The notes beneath the pieces are model-generated. The model was not told the DNA's origin. It ran no database searches and saw nothing but the letters and a program-made list of their open reading frames with translations. Shown here piece by piece: positions 37,072 to 47,327 of a DNA stretch of 64,000 nt. The stretch comes from an uncultured Shimia sp. (GTDB lineage: Bacteria; Pseudomonadota; Alphaproteobacteria; Rhodobacterales; Rhodobacteraceae), in NCBI GenBank assembly GCA_937897325.1, contig CALCOY010000096.1, positions 31,755 to 95,754 on the forward strand, given 5' to 3'. The position numbers were made by a program, and so were the translations under genes. Numbering within the stretch: position 1 is the stretch's first letter; every line of letters starts with the position of its first letter.

Positions 37072-38628
37072 ATGCTCATGGACCTGATTGACGACGTGCC
37101 GGAGGGCGTCAACGCGCCCGAGTTTTCAGTCACCGAGATCTCGGGGGCCATCAAGCGTGTGATCGAGGGCGAATTCGGCCACGTCCGTATTCGGGGCGAG
37201 ATCGGTAGGGTCTCCCGCCCCCGCTCGGGTCATGTCTATCTGGATCTGAAGGACGATCGTTCGGTCATCTCCGGGGTGATCTGGAAGGGGGTCGCGTCCC
37301 GCCTGAGCACGCCGCCGGAAGAGGGAATGGAGGTCGTCGCGACCGGCAGAGTCACCACATTCGGGGGCCAATCGAAGTACCAGATCGTCATCGAAGAGAT
37401 CAAACCGGCCGGCATGGGGGCCCTCATGGCGCTTTTGGAAAGGCGCAAGGCGCAGTTGCAAGCCGAGGGGCTGTTCGATCAAGACCGGAAAAGGCCGCTG
37501 CCTTACCTGCCCGAAGTCATTGGCGTTGTGACATCCCCGAGCGGAGCTGTCATTCGGGACATTCTGCATCGTTTGCGTGATCGCTTCCCCCGCAAGGTCT
37601 TGATCTGGCCGGTCGCTGTTCAGGGTGAGAAATGCGCTCGCGAAGTCACGGGGGCTATCGAAGGCTTTAACGCTTTCGAACGTGTCGGGGCATTGCCCCG
37701 TCCCGATTTGATCATCGTTGCGCGAGGCGGCGGGTCGGTTGAGGATCTTTGGGGGTTCAACGAAGAAAGTGTCGCGCGGGCAGCGGCGGGTTCGAGCATT
37801 CCACTGATTTCGGCGGTGGGACATGAAACAGATACGACGTTGATCGATTTTGTCTCTGATAAGCGTGCGCCGACGCCGACGGCGGCGGCAGAACTTGCCG
37901 TTCCTGTGCGTCACGAACTTTTGGCTTGGATCGATGGGCTTGGCGCGCGGATGGTAGCCGCGCTGAGCCAGGGCCTGCAGCGGCGCGGACAGCGGTTGGC
38001 TGATCTGTCCCGTGCTTTGCCGAGGCCCGAGGCGCTGATCGAAACGCCAAGACAGCATCTCGACGTGTTGGGAGATCGGTTGGGGCCCGCGCTGATGACG
38101 GGCGTGCAGCGGCGCAAGGTCGCTTTGGCGGATGCGGCCGGGCTTTTGCGCCCTTCGCTTTTGCAGCGTGGCCTCGCCTCCGAAAGGCGCAGGCTTGAAA
38201 CTTTGGCGGTCCGCGTCCATCCGATGCTGCAACGCAATCTGGTCGGGCAACGCGACAGACTTTCCGGGAATGTGAGCCGTCTTGGGGCGATTGCGCCGCA
38301 CCGCGATCTTCTCGACCGCCGTGATCGGCTTAATGGGTTATCAGCAAGGCTGGTAGATATCGGTCAACGACGGATTGAGGTACTGAAAGACCGTTTGGCG
38401 GCGATGGATAGGTTGCGTGAAACGCTTAGTTACAAGTCGACCTTGGCCCGAGGCTACGCTGTTGTGCGCAGTGGGTCAGAGATCGTGACCTCACAGAAAT
38501 CCGCAAAGGCCGCGCCTTCGCTTGAGATTGAGTTCAGCGATGGCCGCGTGACGGTTGCTGGAGGGGCGCCGACTAAGGCCGCCAGGAAAGCCAGTAAAGA
38601 TCCACCCGATCAGGGATCCCTCTTCTAA
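37072..38628 (+). CDS. xseA: Exodeoxyribonuclease VII large subunit
   Basis: I placed the start at MLMDLIDD. FSVTEISGAIKRVIE...VRIRGEI...SGHVYLDLKD is an OB-fold N-terminus. The track ORF start at 36619 would overlap purD antisense. Confidence 0.9.
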   Translation: MLMDLIDDVPEGVNAPEFSVTEISGAIKRVIEGEFGHVRIRGEIGRVSRPRSGHVYLDLKDDRSVISGVIWKGVASRLSTPPEEGMEVVATGRVTTFGGQSKYQIVIEEIKPAGMGALMALLERRKAQLQAEGLFDQDRKRPLPYLPEVIGVVTSPSGAVIRDILHRLRDRFPRKVLIWPVAVQGEKCAREVTGAIEGFNAFERVGALPRPDLIIVARGGGSVEDLWGFNEESVARAAAGSSIPLISAVGHETDTTLIDFVSDKRAPTPTAAAELAVPVRHELLAWIDGLGARMVAALSQGLQRRGQRLADLSRALPRPEALIETPRQHLDVLGDRLGPALMTGVQRRKVALADAAGLLRPSLLQRGLASERRRLETLAVRVHPMLQRNLVGQRDRLSGNVSRLGAIAPHRDLLDRRDRLNGLSARLVDIGQRRIEVLKDRLAAMDRLRETLSYKSTLARGYAVVRSGSEIVTSQKSAKAAPSLEIEFSDGRVTVAGGAPTKAARKASKDPPDQGSLF

Positions 38629-38656
38629 AACACATCGTCCCCTGATCTGAAGAAAG

Positions 38657-38690
38657 AAAGCCCCGTAACTCTGCGGGGCTTTCCTTGTTC
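38657..38690. terminator. Bidirectional terminator hairpin between convergent xseA and petC
   Basis: AAAGCCCCG-taactctg-CGGGGCTTT has T-rich flanks on both strands. Confidence 0.6.
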
Positions 38691-38703
38691 ATCATAGCCA
38701 TGA

Positions 38704-39489
38704 TCAGGCTTTATACTTCTTCTTGACCGGCGCCCAGAGCCGCTTGTTGGTCAGATAAAGAAGGACGGACAAAACCGTCAGAAAGATCACGCCGACAAAA
38801 CCGGCCTGTTTGCGGGCCATCAACTTTGGTTCAGCCGTCCACATCAGGAAGGCAGAGACGTCTTTCGACAGATGGTGCAAGTCATTGTCATGACCATCTG
38901 CGAATTCTATGTCCTCTCCATAGAGCGGTGGGGCCATCGCGATCCAGCCGCCTGGGAAAGCCTTGTTTTCGTAGAGGATCGTTCCGGCCTCTTCCTTCTC
39001 TTCACCGGTATAACCGGTCAGGAGCGACGCGATGTATTCTGGCCCGCCCATGCCCTTAAATAGCTGGTTCAATCCGGTCCCGTAAGGGCCATGAAAGCCT
39101 GCGCGCGCCTTTGCCATCAGACTGAGGTCCGGGGCGTTTTCCAGGCCGCTCTGTGGAAAGTGGTCAGTCGGACGAGCCGGACGGAAATCGTCCAGCTCAG
39201 GGTCGAACACCTCGTAGAACTCAGCGTAGGCCCGCACCTGATCTTCCGGCAGCCCAGGACCGTCCGTATCGCCCAGGGTCCGGATTGGAACATATTGCAG
39301 ACCGTGGCAGGCCGCGCAGATCTCTGTGTAGATCTGCAGACCGCGCTGAAGCTGGTTCTGGTCATATGTGCCGAAGGGACCTTCGAACGAAAAGTCAAAG
39401 TTTTCGACGTGGCCGGCACCGCCTGCCGCCATTGCACCAGAGGCAAATCCCAGACTTACTGCAGCGCTGAGGATCACTTTTTTAAGCAT
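38704..39489 (-). CDS. petC: Cytochrome c1 (bc1 complex)
   Basis: From [21 protein letters not shown] (signal peptide), the heme motif CAACHG and a C-terminal TM anchor are present. Confidence 0.9.
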   Translation of the reverse strand: MLKKVILSAAVSLGFASGAMAAGGAGHVENFDFSFEGPFGTYDQNQLQRGLQIYTEICAACHGLQYVPIRTLGDTDGPGLPEDQVRAYAEFYEVFDPELDDFRPARPTDHFPQSGLENAPDLSLMAKARAGFHGPYGTGLNQLFKGMGGPEYIASLLTGYTGEEKEEAGTILYENKAFPGGWIAMAPPLYGEDIEFADGHDNDLHHLSKDVSAFLMWTAEPKLMARKQAGFVGVIFLTVLSVLLYLTNKRLWAPVKKKYKA

Positions 39490-39499
39490 TATCTGCTCC

Positions 39500-40843
39500 T
39501 TATTCTGCGGGCTGTGCCGAAGGCTGTGCGCCCGACCCGCTGCTGGCAAATTTTGCAGCAAAGTCTTCCTCGATCGTTGCCGGTTGTGCCTCTGGTTTCT
39601 CGATCACGCCAAGCAGCGGCAGGATTACCAGAAAGTAAGCAAACCAGTAGGTCGATCCCAGAAGTGCGATGTAGGGGTAGATCCCTTCAGCAGGCATCGC
39701 CCCCGCCCACATCAAGACGAAGAAGTTGACGATAAATATCGCGAACCACCACTTGAACATCGGGCGGTAGCGGCCCGAGCGGACCGACGAGGTGTCGAGC
39801 CACGGAGCGAGCGCCATTACGACAATCGCGCCAAACATGGCAAGCACACCAAAGAACTTCGCATCGATGATGCCACCGGTGATCCAGCTCACGGCGATGA
39901 CCAACCAGACGTCGCCATCGAAGGCGCGCAGAATGGCGTAGAATGGCAGGAAGTACCATTCCGGCACGATGTGTGCTGGTGTCGCAAGTGGGTTCGCCTC
40001 GATATAGTTATCAGGGTGACCCAGATAGTTCGGCATGAATCCAACGATCGCAAAAAAGACCACCAGGATCACGGCAAGCGCGAAGAGGTCCTTGATCACG
40101 AAGTAAGGCCAGAAGGGCAGGGTGTCCTTTTCTGCGTCTTCCTTGGACGTGCGCCGCACTTCGACACCTGTCGGATTGTTGTTGCCCGTGGTGTGGAAGG
40201 CCCAGATATGCAGGATCACGAGACCGGCAATCAAGAATGGCATCAAATAATGCAAGCTGAAGAAGCGCTGCAATGTGTAGTTATCGACCGCAGGTCCGCC
40301 CAGCAACCATGTTTGCAGACCTTCGCCGAAAAACGGGATGGCACCAAAGAGGCCTGTGATCACGGTTGCGCCCCAGAAGGACATCTGACCCCAGGGCAGC
40401 ACGTAACCCATAAATGCCGTTGCCATCATCAAGAGGTAGATCAGCATGCCGATGATCCATGTCACCTCACGCGGGGCTTTGTAGGAGCCATAGTAGAGAC
40501 CGCGGAAGATATGCGCGTAGACCGCGATAAAGAATAGAGACGCACCGTTCATGTGCAGATAGCGCAGCATTGCGCCGCCTTCGACGTTCCGCATGATGTG
40601 TTCGACCGAAGCAAAGGCGTGGTCAACATGCGGTGTGTAGTGCATGACGAGGACAATACCTGTGATGATCTGAAGCGCGAGACAGAACGTCAGCACGATA
40701 CCCCAAATCCACATCCAGTTCAGGTTCTTGGGTGTGGGGATCATCAATGTGTCGTACATCAAACCAACGACGGGCAAGCGTTTGTGCAGCCACTTTTCGC
40801 CGTCTGAGTTTGGTTCGTAATGGTCGTGAGGAATTCCTGACAT
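39500..40843 (-). CDS. petB: Cytochrome b (bc1 complex)
   Basis: The 447-aa product is a typical cytochrome b, with heme-ligand His residues in the TM helices and a PEWYF motif. Confidence 0.95.
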   Translation of the reverse strand: MSGIPHDHYEPNSDGEKWLHKRLPVVGLMYDTLMIPTPKNLNWMWIWGIVLTFCLALQIITGIVLVMHYTPHVDHAFASVEHIMRNVEGGAMLRYLHMNGASLFFIAVYAHIFRGLYYGSYKAPREVTWIIGMLIYLLMMATAFMGYVLPWGQMSFWGATVITGLFGAIPFFGEGLQTWLLGGPAVDNYTLQRFFSLHYLMPFLIAGLVILHIWAFHTTGNNNPTGVEVRRTSKEDAEKDTLPFWPYFVIKDLFALAVILVVFFAIVGFMPNYLGHPDNYIEANPLATPAHIVPEWYFLPFYAILRAFDGDVWLVIAVSWITGGIIDAKFFGVLAMFGAIVVMALAPWLDTSSVRSGRYRPMFKWWFAIFIVNFFVLMWAGAMPAEGIYPYIALLGSTYWFAYFLVILPLLGVIEKPEAQPATIEEDFAAKFASSGSGAQPSAQPAE

Positions 40844-40855
40844 GCTGTCTCTCCC

Positions 40856-41416
40856 TTAACCTAGTTTGATCGTGGTTTCGTCCACAAATTCAGCAATTGG
40901 CACTGGCAAGTTGGTTGGCGCAGGTCCTTTGCGGATGCGGCCGGACGTGTCGTAATGCGAGCCATGGCAGGGGCAGAACCAGCCGCCGAAATCGCCTGCG
41001 TCGCCCAAAGGAACACAGCCCAGATGCGTGCAGACACCCATCATGACCAGCCATTCGCCCGCCTCGTCCAGAGAGCGATTTTCGTCCGTTGCAGGCACGG
41101 AGCCAAGGTTGTCATTGCGGGCCACGTCGTCGGGAAGATCCGACAATTCAACTTCGCGCGCCGCAGAGATCTCTTCTTCCGTCCGGCGGCGGATAAAGAC
41201 CGGTTTGCCCAGCCATTTCACAGTCAATTGCGTGCCCGGCGCCACATCCGCGACATCAACGCGGATCGAGGACAGGGCGCGCACATCGGCGGACGGATTC
41301 ATCTGGTTGACCAAAGGCCATATCGCGGCACCTGCGGTTACTGCCCCTGCACCAGCAGTGGCGTAATAGAGAAAGTCGCGTCGAGTGCCTTCGTGCTCTT
41401 CTTCTGCGTGGGACAC
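40856..41416 (-). CDS. petA: Ubiquinol-cytochrome c reductase Rieske iron-sulfur subunit
   Basis: The GTG start at 41416 ([18 protein letters not shown], Tat-like) is preceded by GGAGA. The Rieske boxes CTHLGC and CPCHGS are present. Confidence 0.9.
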   Translation of the reverse strand: MSHAEEEHEGTRRDFLYYATAGAGAVTAGAAIWPLVNQMNPSADVRALSSIRVDVADVAPGTQLTVKWLGKPVFIRRRTEEEISAAREVELSDLPDDVARNDNLGSVPATDENRSLDEAGEWLVMMGVCTHLGCVPLGDAGDFGGWFCPCHGSHYDTSGRIRKGPAPTNLPVPIAEFVDETTIKLG

Positions 41417-41574
41417 TGAGTTCTCCAAGTCTGCGGCCTGATCGGCCAATTGCCAAAGGGTCCGCAGCGCTGCACGAACCTTCACAGGCGGTTAGATAGC
41501 TGCCAACCCCTTACCAGTCCAGTAATGAGGGTGGTGCAAGTGGTCGCAGCACGACTATTCCAGTTAAAATGCGA

Positions 41575-41970
41575 TCAAACGCCGATTTTCGGGCCCAGGC
41601 AGATCATTTCCTCGTTGAGTTCCTGCGCTTCATAGAGACTGGTGCCGTCCTCTTCGCCCTCGAATTCGGCGGTCAGGCCTCTGGGGCCTTTCATGAAGGT
41701 CCAGCATTGCGGCTCGGGCCGGTCTTCGTAGACAAAGCAGATCAGCGGACCGTCGTCGTACCAGTAGCCGTCCTTGCATTCTCCATCGAGGAACGACCAC
41801 ACAACGCGCCTGTTTTCCTTGTAGATCTCGGCGCCATATGCCTCGCCTCGATTGGCAAAAAACAACGTCTTCCCTGTCGTGTAGGCCTCGAACTCTGCCC
41901 CCGTCATCGGTTCAGCTGCGGAGACGAGCGTTGCCTGGGCGCACAAAATCAGGGCAGGGATCAGTCGCAT
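41575..41970 (-). CDS. Secreted hypothetical protein
   Basis: The 131-aa product has a signal peptide (MRLIPALILCAQATLVSAA) and four Cys residues. I recognise no motif. Confidence 0.5.
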   Translation of the reverse strand: MRLIPALILCAQATLVSAAEPMTGAEFEAYTTGKTLFFANRGEAYGAEIYKENRRVVWSFLDGECKDGYWYDDGPLICFVYEDRPEPQCWTFMKGPRGLTAEFEGEEDGTSLYEAQELNEEMICLGPKIGV

Positions 41971-42180
41971 TCTCTTCTCCGGTTGGCTGGACGCACGACC
42001 ATCCGGGCCGCGATCACGATCACTATACGAAACTTAGGGCCGGAAGGGCGTCACGTTCAAGCGGTCGCGGCAATTTGGGCATATCCTTGCACCTGCTTTT
42101 GACGCCCAAGCGTCGTTTTTTGCTTAAAGGCAAGGGCCTCGCTTTGCTAACCTCTGCCGAACTATTGCAGGGAGAGCATT

Positions 42181-43875
42181 ATGGCGCTGGACCAGAAAGC
42201 CAAACAGCCAGGGGTCTGGAAGTCGGGAAAGGGCAAAGGGCGTGTACGTCCCAAAGGCCGGGCTTTGGAAGACGGCGCTTGGGATGAGGTCCGCGCGCTT
42301 CTGGGCAATCAGCCGCGCCGTCGGGACCTGCTGATCGAATTTCTGCACCTGATCCAGGACCGTCATGGTCATCTGAGCGCTTCTCACTTGCGCGCATTGG
42401 CGGAAGAGATGCGCCTTTCCATGGCCGAGGTCTACGAGGTTGCTACCTTCTATGCGCATTTTGATGTGATCAAAGAAGACGAGGCACCGCCGCCAGCGCT
42501 GACCATTCGCGTTTGCGACTCGCTTTCCTGCGAATTGGCCGGGGCGCAAGCGTTGAAATCCGCGCTTGAAGACGGTCTTGAGTCGACGCAGATACGGGTT
42601 TTGCGCGCACCTTGTATGGGCCGCTGTGACACGGCCCCGGTACTGGAGCTTGGGCACAATCACATCGACCACGCCACGCCTGAGAAGGTTCAGACTGCCA
42701 TCGCCGCTGGTGACACGCATGCGCATATCCCCGATTATGAGCCTTTGTCGACTTATCTTGCGGGCGGTGGCTACAATGTGCTTGCCCATCTTCGGGTCAA
42801 TGGCGATTGGAAAACCATTCAAGACAAGGTGCTGGCCAGCGGCTTGCGCGGTCTGGGCGGGGCCGGGTTTCCATCCGGCAAAAAATGGGAATTTGTCCGG
42901 GCCAATCCCGGTCCTCGATATTTGGCTGTCAATGGGGATGAGGGCGAGCCGGGTACGTTCAAGGACCGCTACTATCTGGAGCGCACCCCGCATCTGTTCC
43001 TCGAGGGGATGCTGATCGCGGCGTGGGCCGTCGAGGCGGATCGCATCTATCTCTATATGCGTGATGAGTACCCGGCAGTGCTCGAAATCCTGCGGCGGGA
43101 GATTGAAGCGCTGGAAGAGGTGGGGATTGCAGAGCCTGGCTATATCGACCTGCGACGCGGGGCTGGGGCTTATATCTGCGGTGAAGAAAGCGCCATGATC
43201 GAATCCATCGAAGGCAAGCGCGGCCTGCCGCGTCATCGTCCACCTTACGTGGCGCAGGTCGGCATCTTCGGACGCCCGACTTTGGTGCATAACATCGAAA
43301 CGCTCCACTGGATCGCGCGGATCTGCCGGGAGGGGCCGGAAGTGCTGAACAGCACAGAAAAGAACGGGCGCGTCGGTCTGCGGTCCTACTCCGTTTCGGG
43401 TCGAGTGGCACAACCGGGTGTCTATCTGCTGCCTGCAGGCTCAACGATCACCGACGTCATCGCGGCTGCTGGCGGCATGGCGCAGGGTCATGTCTTCAAG
43501 GCCTACCAGCCGGGCGGGCCATCCTCTGGCATATTGCCGGCGACGATGAACGATGTGCCTTTGGATTTCGATACCCTGCAGCCGCACGGATCGTTCATCG
43601 GGTCCGCGGCGGTGGTCGTTCTGTCTGATCAGGACAAGGCACGCGATGCAGCTCTCAACATGTTGCGGTTTTTCGAGGATGAAAGTTGCGGGCAGTGCAC
43701 GCCCTGCCGCGTCGGCTGCGAGAAGGCCGCGAAGCTGATGCAAGCCGAACGCTGGGACCGGCCGCTTTTGGAAGACCTTTGCACTGCAATGGCGGACGCG
43801 TCGATCTGTGGGCTGGGGCAGGCCGCGCCCAATCCGATCCGTCTGACGATAAAGCACTTTGGGGACGAGATCTGA
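42181..43875 (+). CDS. NuoE-NuoF fusion-type NAD(H)-binding flavoprotein (FdsB/formate dehydrogenase beta-like), no partner subunit nearby
   Basis: The N-terminal part has a 2Fe-2S pattern (CDSLSC...CMGRC). It is followed by an FMN/NADH region (GLGGAGFPSGKKW) and a 4Fe-4S motif (ESCGQCTPCR). A good SD (GGGAGAG) precedes the ATG. Confidence 0.85.
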   Translation: MALDQKAKQPGVWKSGKGKGRVRPKGRALEDGAWDEVRALLGNQPRRRDLLIEFLHLIQDRHGHLSASHLRALAEEMRLSMAEVYEVATFYAHFDVIKEDEAPPPALTIRVCDSLSCELAGAQALKSALEDGLESTQIRVLRAPCMGRCDTAPVLELGHNHIDHATPEKVQTAIAAGDTHAHIPDYEPLSTYLAGGGYNVLAHLRVNGDWKTIQDKVLASGLRGLGGAGFPSGKKWEFVRANPGPRYLAVNGDEGEPGTFKDRYYLERTPHLFLEGMLIAAWAVEADRIYLYMRDEYPAVLEILRREIEALEEVGIAEPGYIDLRRGAGAYICGEESAMIESIEGKRGLPRHRPPYVAQVGIFGRPTLVHNIETLHWIARICREGPEVLNSTEKNGRVGLRSYSVSGRVAQPGVYLLPAGSTITDVIAAAGGMAQGHVFKAYQPGGPSSGILPATMNDVPLDFDTLQPHGSFIGSAAVVVLSDQDKARDAALNMLRFFEDESCGQCTPCRVGCEKAAKLMQAERWDRPLLEDLCTAMADASICGLGQAAPNPIRLTIKHFGDEI

Positions 43876-43933
43876 CAACTTGCTGCCCGGCCGGATTGGG
43901 TCTAGCTAAAGCCCGTCAGGCAAAAGGTGGGTG

Positions 43934-45223
43934 ATGTCGTTCTTCAAGAAGCTCAAGGATCGCATGTTCAAATCCTCCTCGAAGCTCGAGGAAGGGCTTG
44001 AGTCGATCATTGAAGATGGTGGTGAGGAAACGCCACCCGATCGCCCAGAATCCGAACCGGAGCGCCCCGACCCCGACCCCGAGCCCGAGATCGAACCGGA
44101 ATCGCCTGCGCCCGAGGTTGCCCATCCCGAAGAAGCACCGCATCCCGTGGATCCCGACGGGCAACCGCCCATGCCCGAGGATCCGGATCCGGTCGATAAT
44201 GTGATAGATACTCCGGCGGTTGCTTTTGACGAGCTGTCGGCGGCGGTTGGTCGAGAACCCTTGCCTGTGTCGTCGGCGCCCGAAGCCGCACCCGTATCGA
44301 TGGCAGAGCCACTTGCCGCCGCCGCGCCCGAGCGCCGAGGCCTTTTGGGCCGTCTGTTCAAACGCGAAACGGCCGGGCCTGTCATACGGCGAGAGTTGGA
44401 CGACGAGATGCTCGAACAGCTTGAAGAATTGCTGATTGCGGCGGACATGGGCGTGGACACCGCCCTGCGGGTCACCGCGAACATGGCCGAAGGCCGCTTG
44501 GGCCGAAAGCTGTCAGTGGCGGAAGTCAAAGAACTTATGGCCACGGAAATCGCCCGGATCATGGAACCTGTCGCGCGGCCGCTCCCGCTTTATCCGCAAA
44601 AGCCACAGGTTGTGCTGGTCGTGGGCGTGAACGGATCGGGCAAGACGACGACTATCGGCAAGCTTGCCAGTCAGTTCCGCGCTGCGGGCAAGAAGGTCGT
44701 CATCGCTGCGGGCGACACGTTCCGGGCAGCCGCCGTCGAACAGCTTCAGATCTGGGGGGAGCGGGCTGGTGTGCCGGTTCTAACAGCCCCGGAAGGTTCT
44801 GATCCTGCGAGCCTCGCCTTCGATGCGCTGACCAAGGCACAACAGGACGGCGCGGATCTTCTGATGATCGACACGGCGGGGCGTTTGCAAAATCGCTCCG
44901 ATCTCATGGAAGAACTTGCCAAGATCGTGCGCGTCATCCGCAAGAAGGATGACAGCGCGCCGCACAATACTCTGCTGGTTCTGGACGCCACGACCGGCCA
45001 AAACGCCGTCAGTCAGGTCAAGATCTTCCAGGAGGTGTCGGATGTGTCCGGCCTTGTGATGACCAAGCTCGACGGGACAGCCAAGGGCGGCGTGCTTGTG
45101 GCGCTCGCCGACCGGTTCGGGTTGCCCATTCACGCCATCGGTGTTGGCGAACAGATCGACGACCTCTCGCCCTTCGATCCGGAGGAATTCGCGGCGGCCC
45201 TGACCGGGCTTGAGATCTCATGA
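43934..45223 (+). CDS. ftsY: Signal recognition particle receptor FtsY
   Basis: MSFFKKLKDRMFK is followed by an acidic Pro-rich A-domain and an NG domain (GVNGSGKTTTIGK, DTAGR, TKLDG). Confidence 0.92.
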   Translation: MSFFKKLKDRMFKSSSKLEEGLESIIEDGGEETPPDRPESEPERPDPDPEPEIEPESPAPEVAHPEEAPHPVDPDGQPPMPEDPDPVDNVIDTPAVAFDELSAAVGREPLPVSSAPEAAPVSMAEPLAAAAPERRGLLGRLFKRETAGPVIRRELDDEMLEQLEELLIAADMGVDTALRVTANMAEGRLGRKLSVAEVKELMATEIARIMEPVARPLPLYPQKPQVVLVVGVNGSGKTTTIGKLASQFRAAGKKVVIAAGDTFRAAAVEQLQIWGERAGVPVLTAPEGSDPASLAFDALTKAQQDGADLLMIDTAGRLQNRSDLMEELAKIVRVIRKKDDSAPHNTLLVLDATTGQNAVSQVKIFQEVSDVSGLVMTKLDGTAKGGVLVALADRFGLPIHAIGVGEQIDDLSPFDPEEFAAALTGLEIS

Positions 45224-45633
45224 TCCGCTGGACCCATGACCTCCCATCCGCTGATGCATATGTCGCATTGCGACAGGCGGCAGGTCTTGGGAAGCGCAGT
45301 GTAGAGGCGGCACAGGTCGCTTTGCCGAACACACTGTACTTTGAGGCCTGCTGGGAGGCTGACAGACTGGTCGGCATGGGGCGCGTCGTGGGCGATGGCG
45401 GTTGTTTCGTCCAAATTGTCGATATCGCCGTGGCACCGACCCACCGGCGCCAGGGGATTGGGCGGTCGATCACCAGCCGCCTCGTGACCTGGTGCGAGGC
45501 CAATCTGCCGGCGACATGCCATGTCTCTCTTGTTTCGTCGGAAAGGGCCATTGCGCTTTATCAGGCGCACGGGTTTCAGCTTTGTCGTGGGCTGGATCGC
45601 TACGCCAGCTCCGACCTTCGTCCGCCCGAGTGA
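45220..45633 (+). CDS. GNAT-family N-acetyltransferase
   Basis: The 137-aa product has an acetyl-CoA motif (HRRQGIGRSI). Its start overlaps the ftsY stop (ATGA). Confidence 0.75.
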   Translation: MIRWTHDLPSADAYVALRQAAGLGKRSVEAAQVALPNTLYFEACWEADRLVGMGRVVGDGGCFVQIVDIAVAPTHRRQGIGRSITSRLVTWCEANLPATCHVSLVSSERAIALYQAHGFQLCRGLDRYASSDLRPPE

Positions 45634-46532
45634 CCGACTGGCTGATTTCCATCGAAGGGACGGAGGCTGGTCACCGCACCGCCTTGATCCTCGCCCTGAC
45701 GGCCGCGTTTCTGCATGCCGTTTTCGGCGCTCTACAAAAAGGGCGTCATGATCCGTGGCTGTCGCGCGGGGCCATTGATGCCAGCTACTGTCTGATGGCC
45801 GCTCCCTTTGCCCTTTTCGTTGTGCCTTGGCCCGAACCGCACATGTGGCCCATCTTTGCGGGGGCCTGGGCCATCCATATTGTCTACAAAATTCTGCAGG
45901 CCCAGGCCTATGTCAAAGGCGCTTACACCGTCGTCTATCCGATCGTTCGCGGCATGGGCCCTTTGTTTACTGTAATCGGCGCTTACCTGATCTTTAGGGA
46001 AACGTTTACGTTTACCCAATGGCTTGGCGTAGCTGTCCTGCTCAGCGGGATCTTCGGCCTTGCCGCTTACAACCTCATGTTTCTCGAAACGGAACGCGAG
46101 ACGTTGCGCGCTGCATTGATGCTGGCGGTGGCAACCGGACTTTTCGTGGCACTATATACAACCTATGATGCTTACGGCATCCGCGCGACGGAAAACCCCT
46201 TCACCTTTCTTGCCTGGTTTTTCATGATTGATGGCGCGACCTTGCCGTTTTACGCCTATGTCCGCTGGCGTCGTATGCCCGATCGCCCGACACCCGGTCC
46301 CCTGATGATGCGTGGCTTTATAGGCGGCATCGTCGCTTTTCTGTCCTTCGGGTCTATAATGATGGCCACACGCCTTGATAAAGTGGGCGAAGCCGCTGTT
46401 CTGCGTGAAACCTCGACAGTCTTTGCGGCTTTGATCGGCTGGGTGTTCCTGAAGGAGACGGTCGGTCCGAGACGGCTGGGGCTTATGGCACTGATCGCTG
46501 CGGGGGCCGTCATCGTCGAAATGGGCGGATGA
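45630..46532 (+). CDS. DMT-superfamily (EamA-like) transporter
   Basis: The GTG start at 45630 overlaps the GNAT stop (GTGA). The product is about 300 aa with 10 hydrophobic segments. The upstream part of the track ORF lies inside the GNAT gene in another frame. Confidence 0.72.
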   Translation: MTDWLISIEGTEAGHRTALILALTAAFLHAVFGALQKGRHDPWLSRGAIDASYCLMAAPFALFVVPWPEPHMWPIFAGAWAIHIVYKILQAQAYVKGAYTVVYPIVRGMGPLFTVIGAYLIFRETFTFTQWLGVAVLLSGIFGLAAYNLMFLETERETLRAALMLAVATGLFVALYTTYDAYGIRATENPFTFLAWFFMIDGATLPFYAYVRWRRMPDRPTPGPLMMRGFIGGIVAFLSFGSIMMATRLDKVGEAAVLRETSTVFAALIGWVFLKETVGPRRLGLMALIAAGAVIVEMGG

Positions 46533-46587
46533 AAAGGGGCCCGCACCAAGGCGAGCCCTCGATAGTGACTTACAGCACGGGAAGGTG

Positions 46588-47144
46588 TCAGCCGCGCTTC
46601 ATGCGACGCATTGCTCCCAACCCGCCAAGCCCTGCGATCAAGAGGATCGCCGACGCAGGCAGCGGAACCGGGGCGATCTCAGCGTCGATGTCCAGGTCGA
46701 ATGAACCCGCGAGGAAGCGCGTCCCATCGTAGTTCTGGCCACCGAACGAGAACTGCACGGTGTCGCCCGCTTCCAATTCAAGCGTTTGCTCGCCCGAGAA
46801 TGCAAAACCGCCAAATGTCGATGTCCGGCCGAAGCCGATCCCGGCGACGTTGGAATTGAGCAGGGCCGATGCGCGGTACCATGCGTGGTTGCCGGAATAC
46901 GTTCAGTCGAACGTGTAGGTTCCTGTGTCCTGCACGGTACCTGTCGCGGTCCAGATCACGTCGCGGCTAAGCGGCGCGGGGCTCAGGTTGTAGCTGAACA
47001 ATGTGTCATCGCCGTCCTGAGTGATGGATGTTGAGCCGGGGCCGGTGAATGTCCGGTTGTCGATGGTTGCTGCCTAGCGACTGCCGCGCTGCACAACAGG
47101 GCTGCGGCTGCGGTGAGGCCGCGGATAAAAGAATTGGTCATCAT
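46588..47144 (-). pseudogene. Disrupted VPLPA-CTERM secreted protein gene (one frameshift plus one in-frame TGA)
   Basis: Three pieces are visible. A signal peptide (MMTNSFIRGLTAAAALLCSAAVA) starts at 47144 in one frame. The body (AATIDNRTFTGPGS...TGTYTFD) continues in another frame and ends at TGA 46903-46905. It then continues in the same frame (TYSGNHAWYRA...APVPLPASAILLIAGLGGLGAMRRMKRG) to 46588. Confidence 0.5.
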
Positions 47145-47327
47145 GATGTTACCTTTTAATTCGCAAGAGATTGCTTGGCGCTTCTGCCCATCGGATTTGG
47201 CGACGCATGGGTTAAGGCGAAGCTAACTTTAGACAAGTTATGGGCAATTTGTGGCATGCCGCAGCGTAGGGTGTGGGTGGGCAAAAAAGAGGGTGTGTTT
47301 GCCAATCCGGATGGCTAGAACAGCGGT

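Noticed and set aside
37126-38301. A 391-aa minus-strand ORF opposite xseA. Similar ORFs lie at 60575-61324 and 61394-61977 (opposite ppdK), 12338-13123 (opposite the PhnD-like gene), 5444-6274 (opposite GS-like paralog 1) and 63132-63911 (spanning sleB and the folB-like gene).
   Set aside because: All are antisense shadow frames of confidently identified genes, with Arg/Pro-rich composition.
39368-40537. A 389-aa plus-strand ORF opposite cytochrome b and c1.
   Set aside because: It is antisense to petB and petC, which are unambiguous. The translation is His/Arg/Asp-rich nonsense.
42101-42121. GACGC-ccaa-GCGTC followed by GTTTTTT, 60 nt upstream of the NuoEF-like gene, considered as a leader attenuator.
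   Set aside because: The stem is only 5 bp. No upstream plus-strand gene or convincing promoter is present. It is likely fortuitous.
42124-43413. A 429-aa minus-strand ORF opposite the NuoE-NuoF fusion gene.
   Set aside because: It is antisense to a gene with clear Fe-S and FMN motifs. It has a low-complexity Arg/Pro/Gln-rich translation and no start context.
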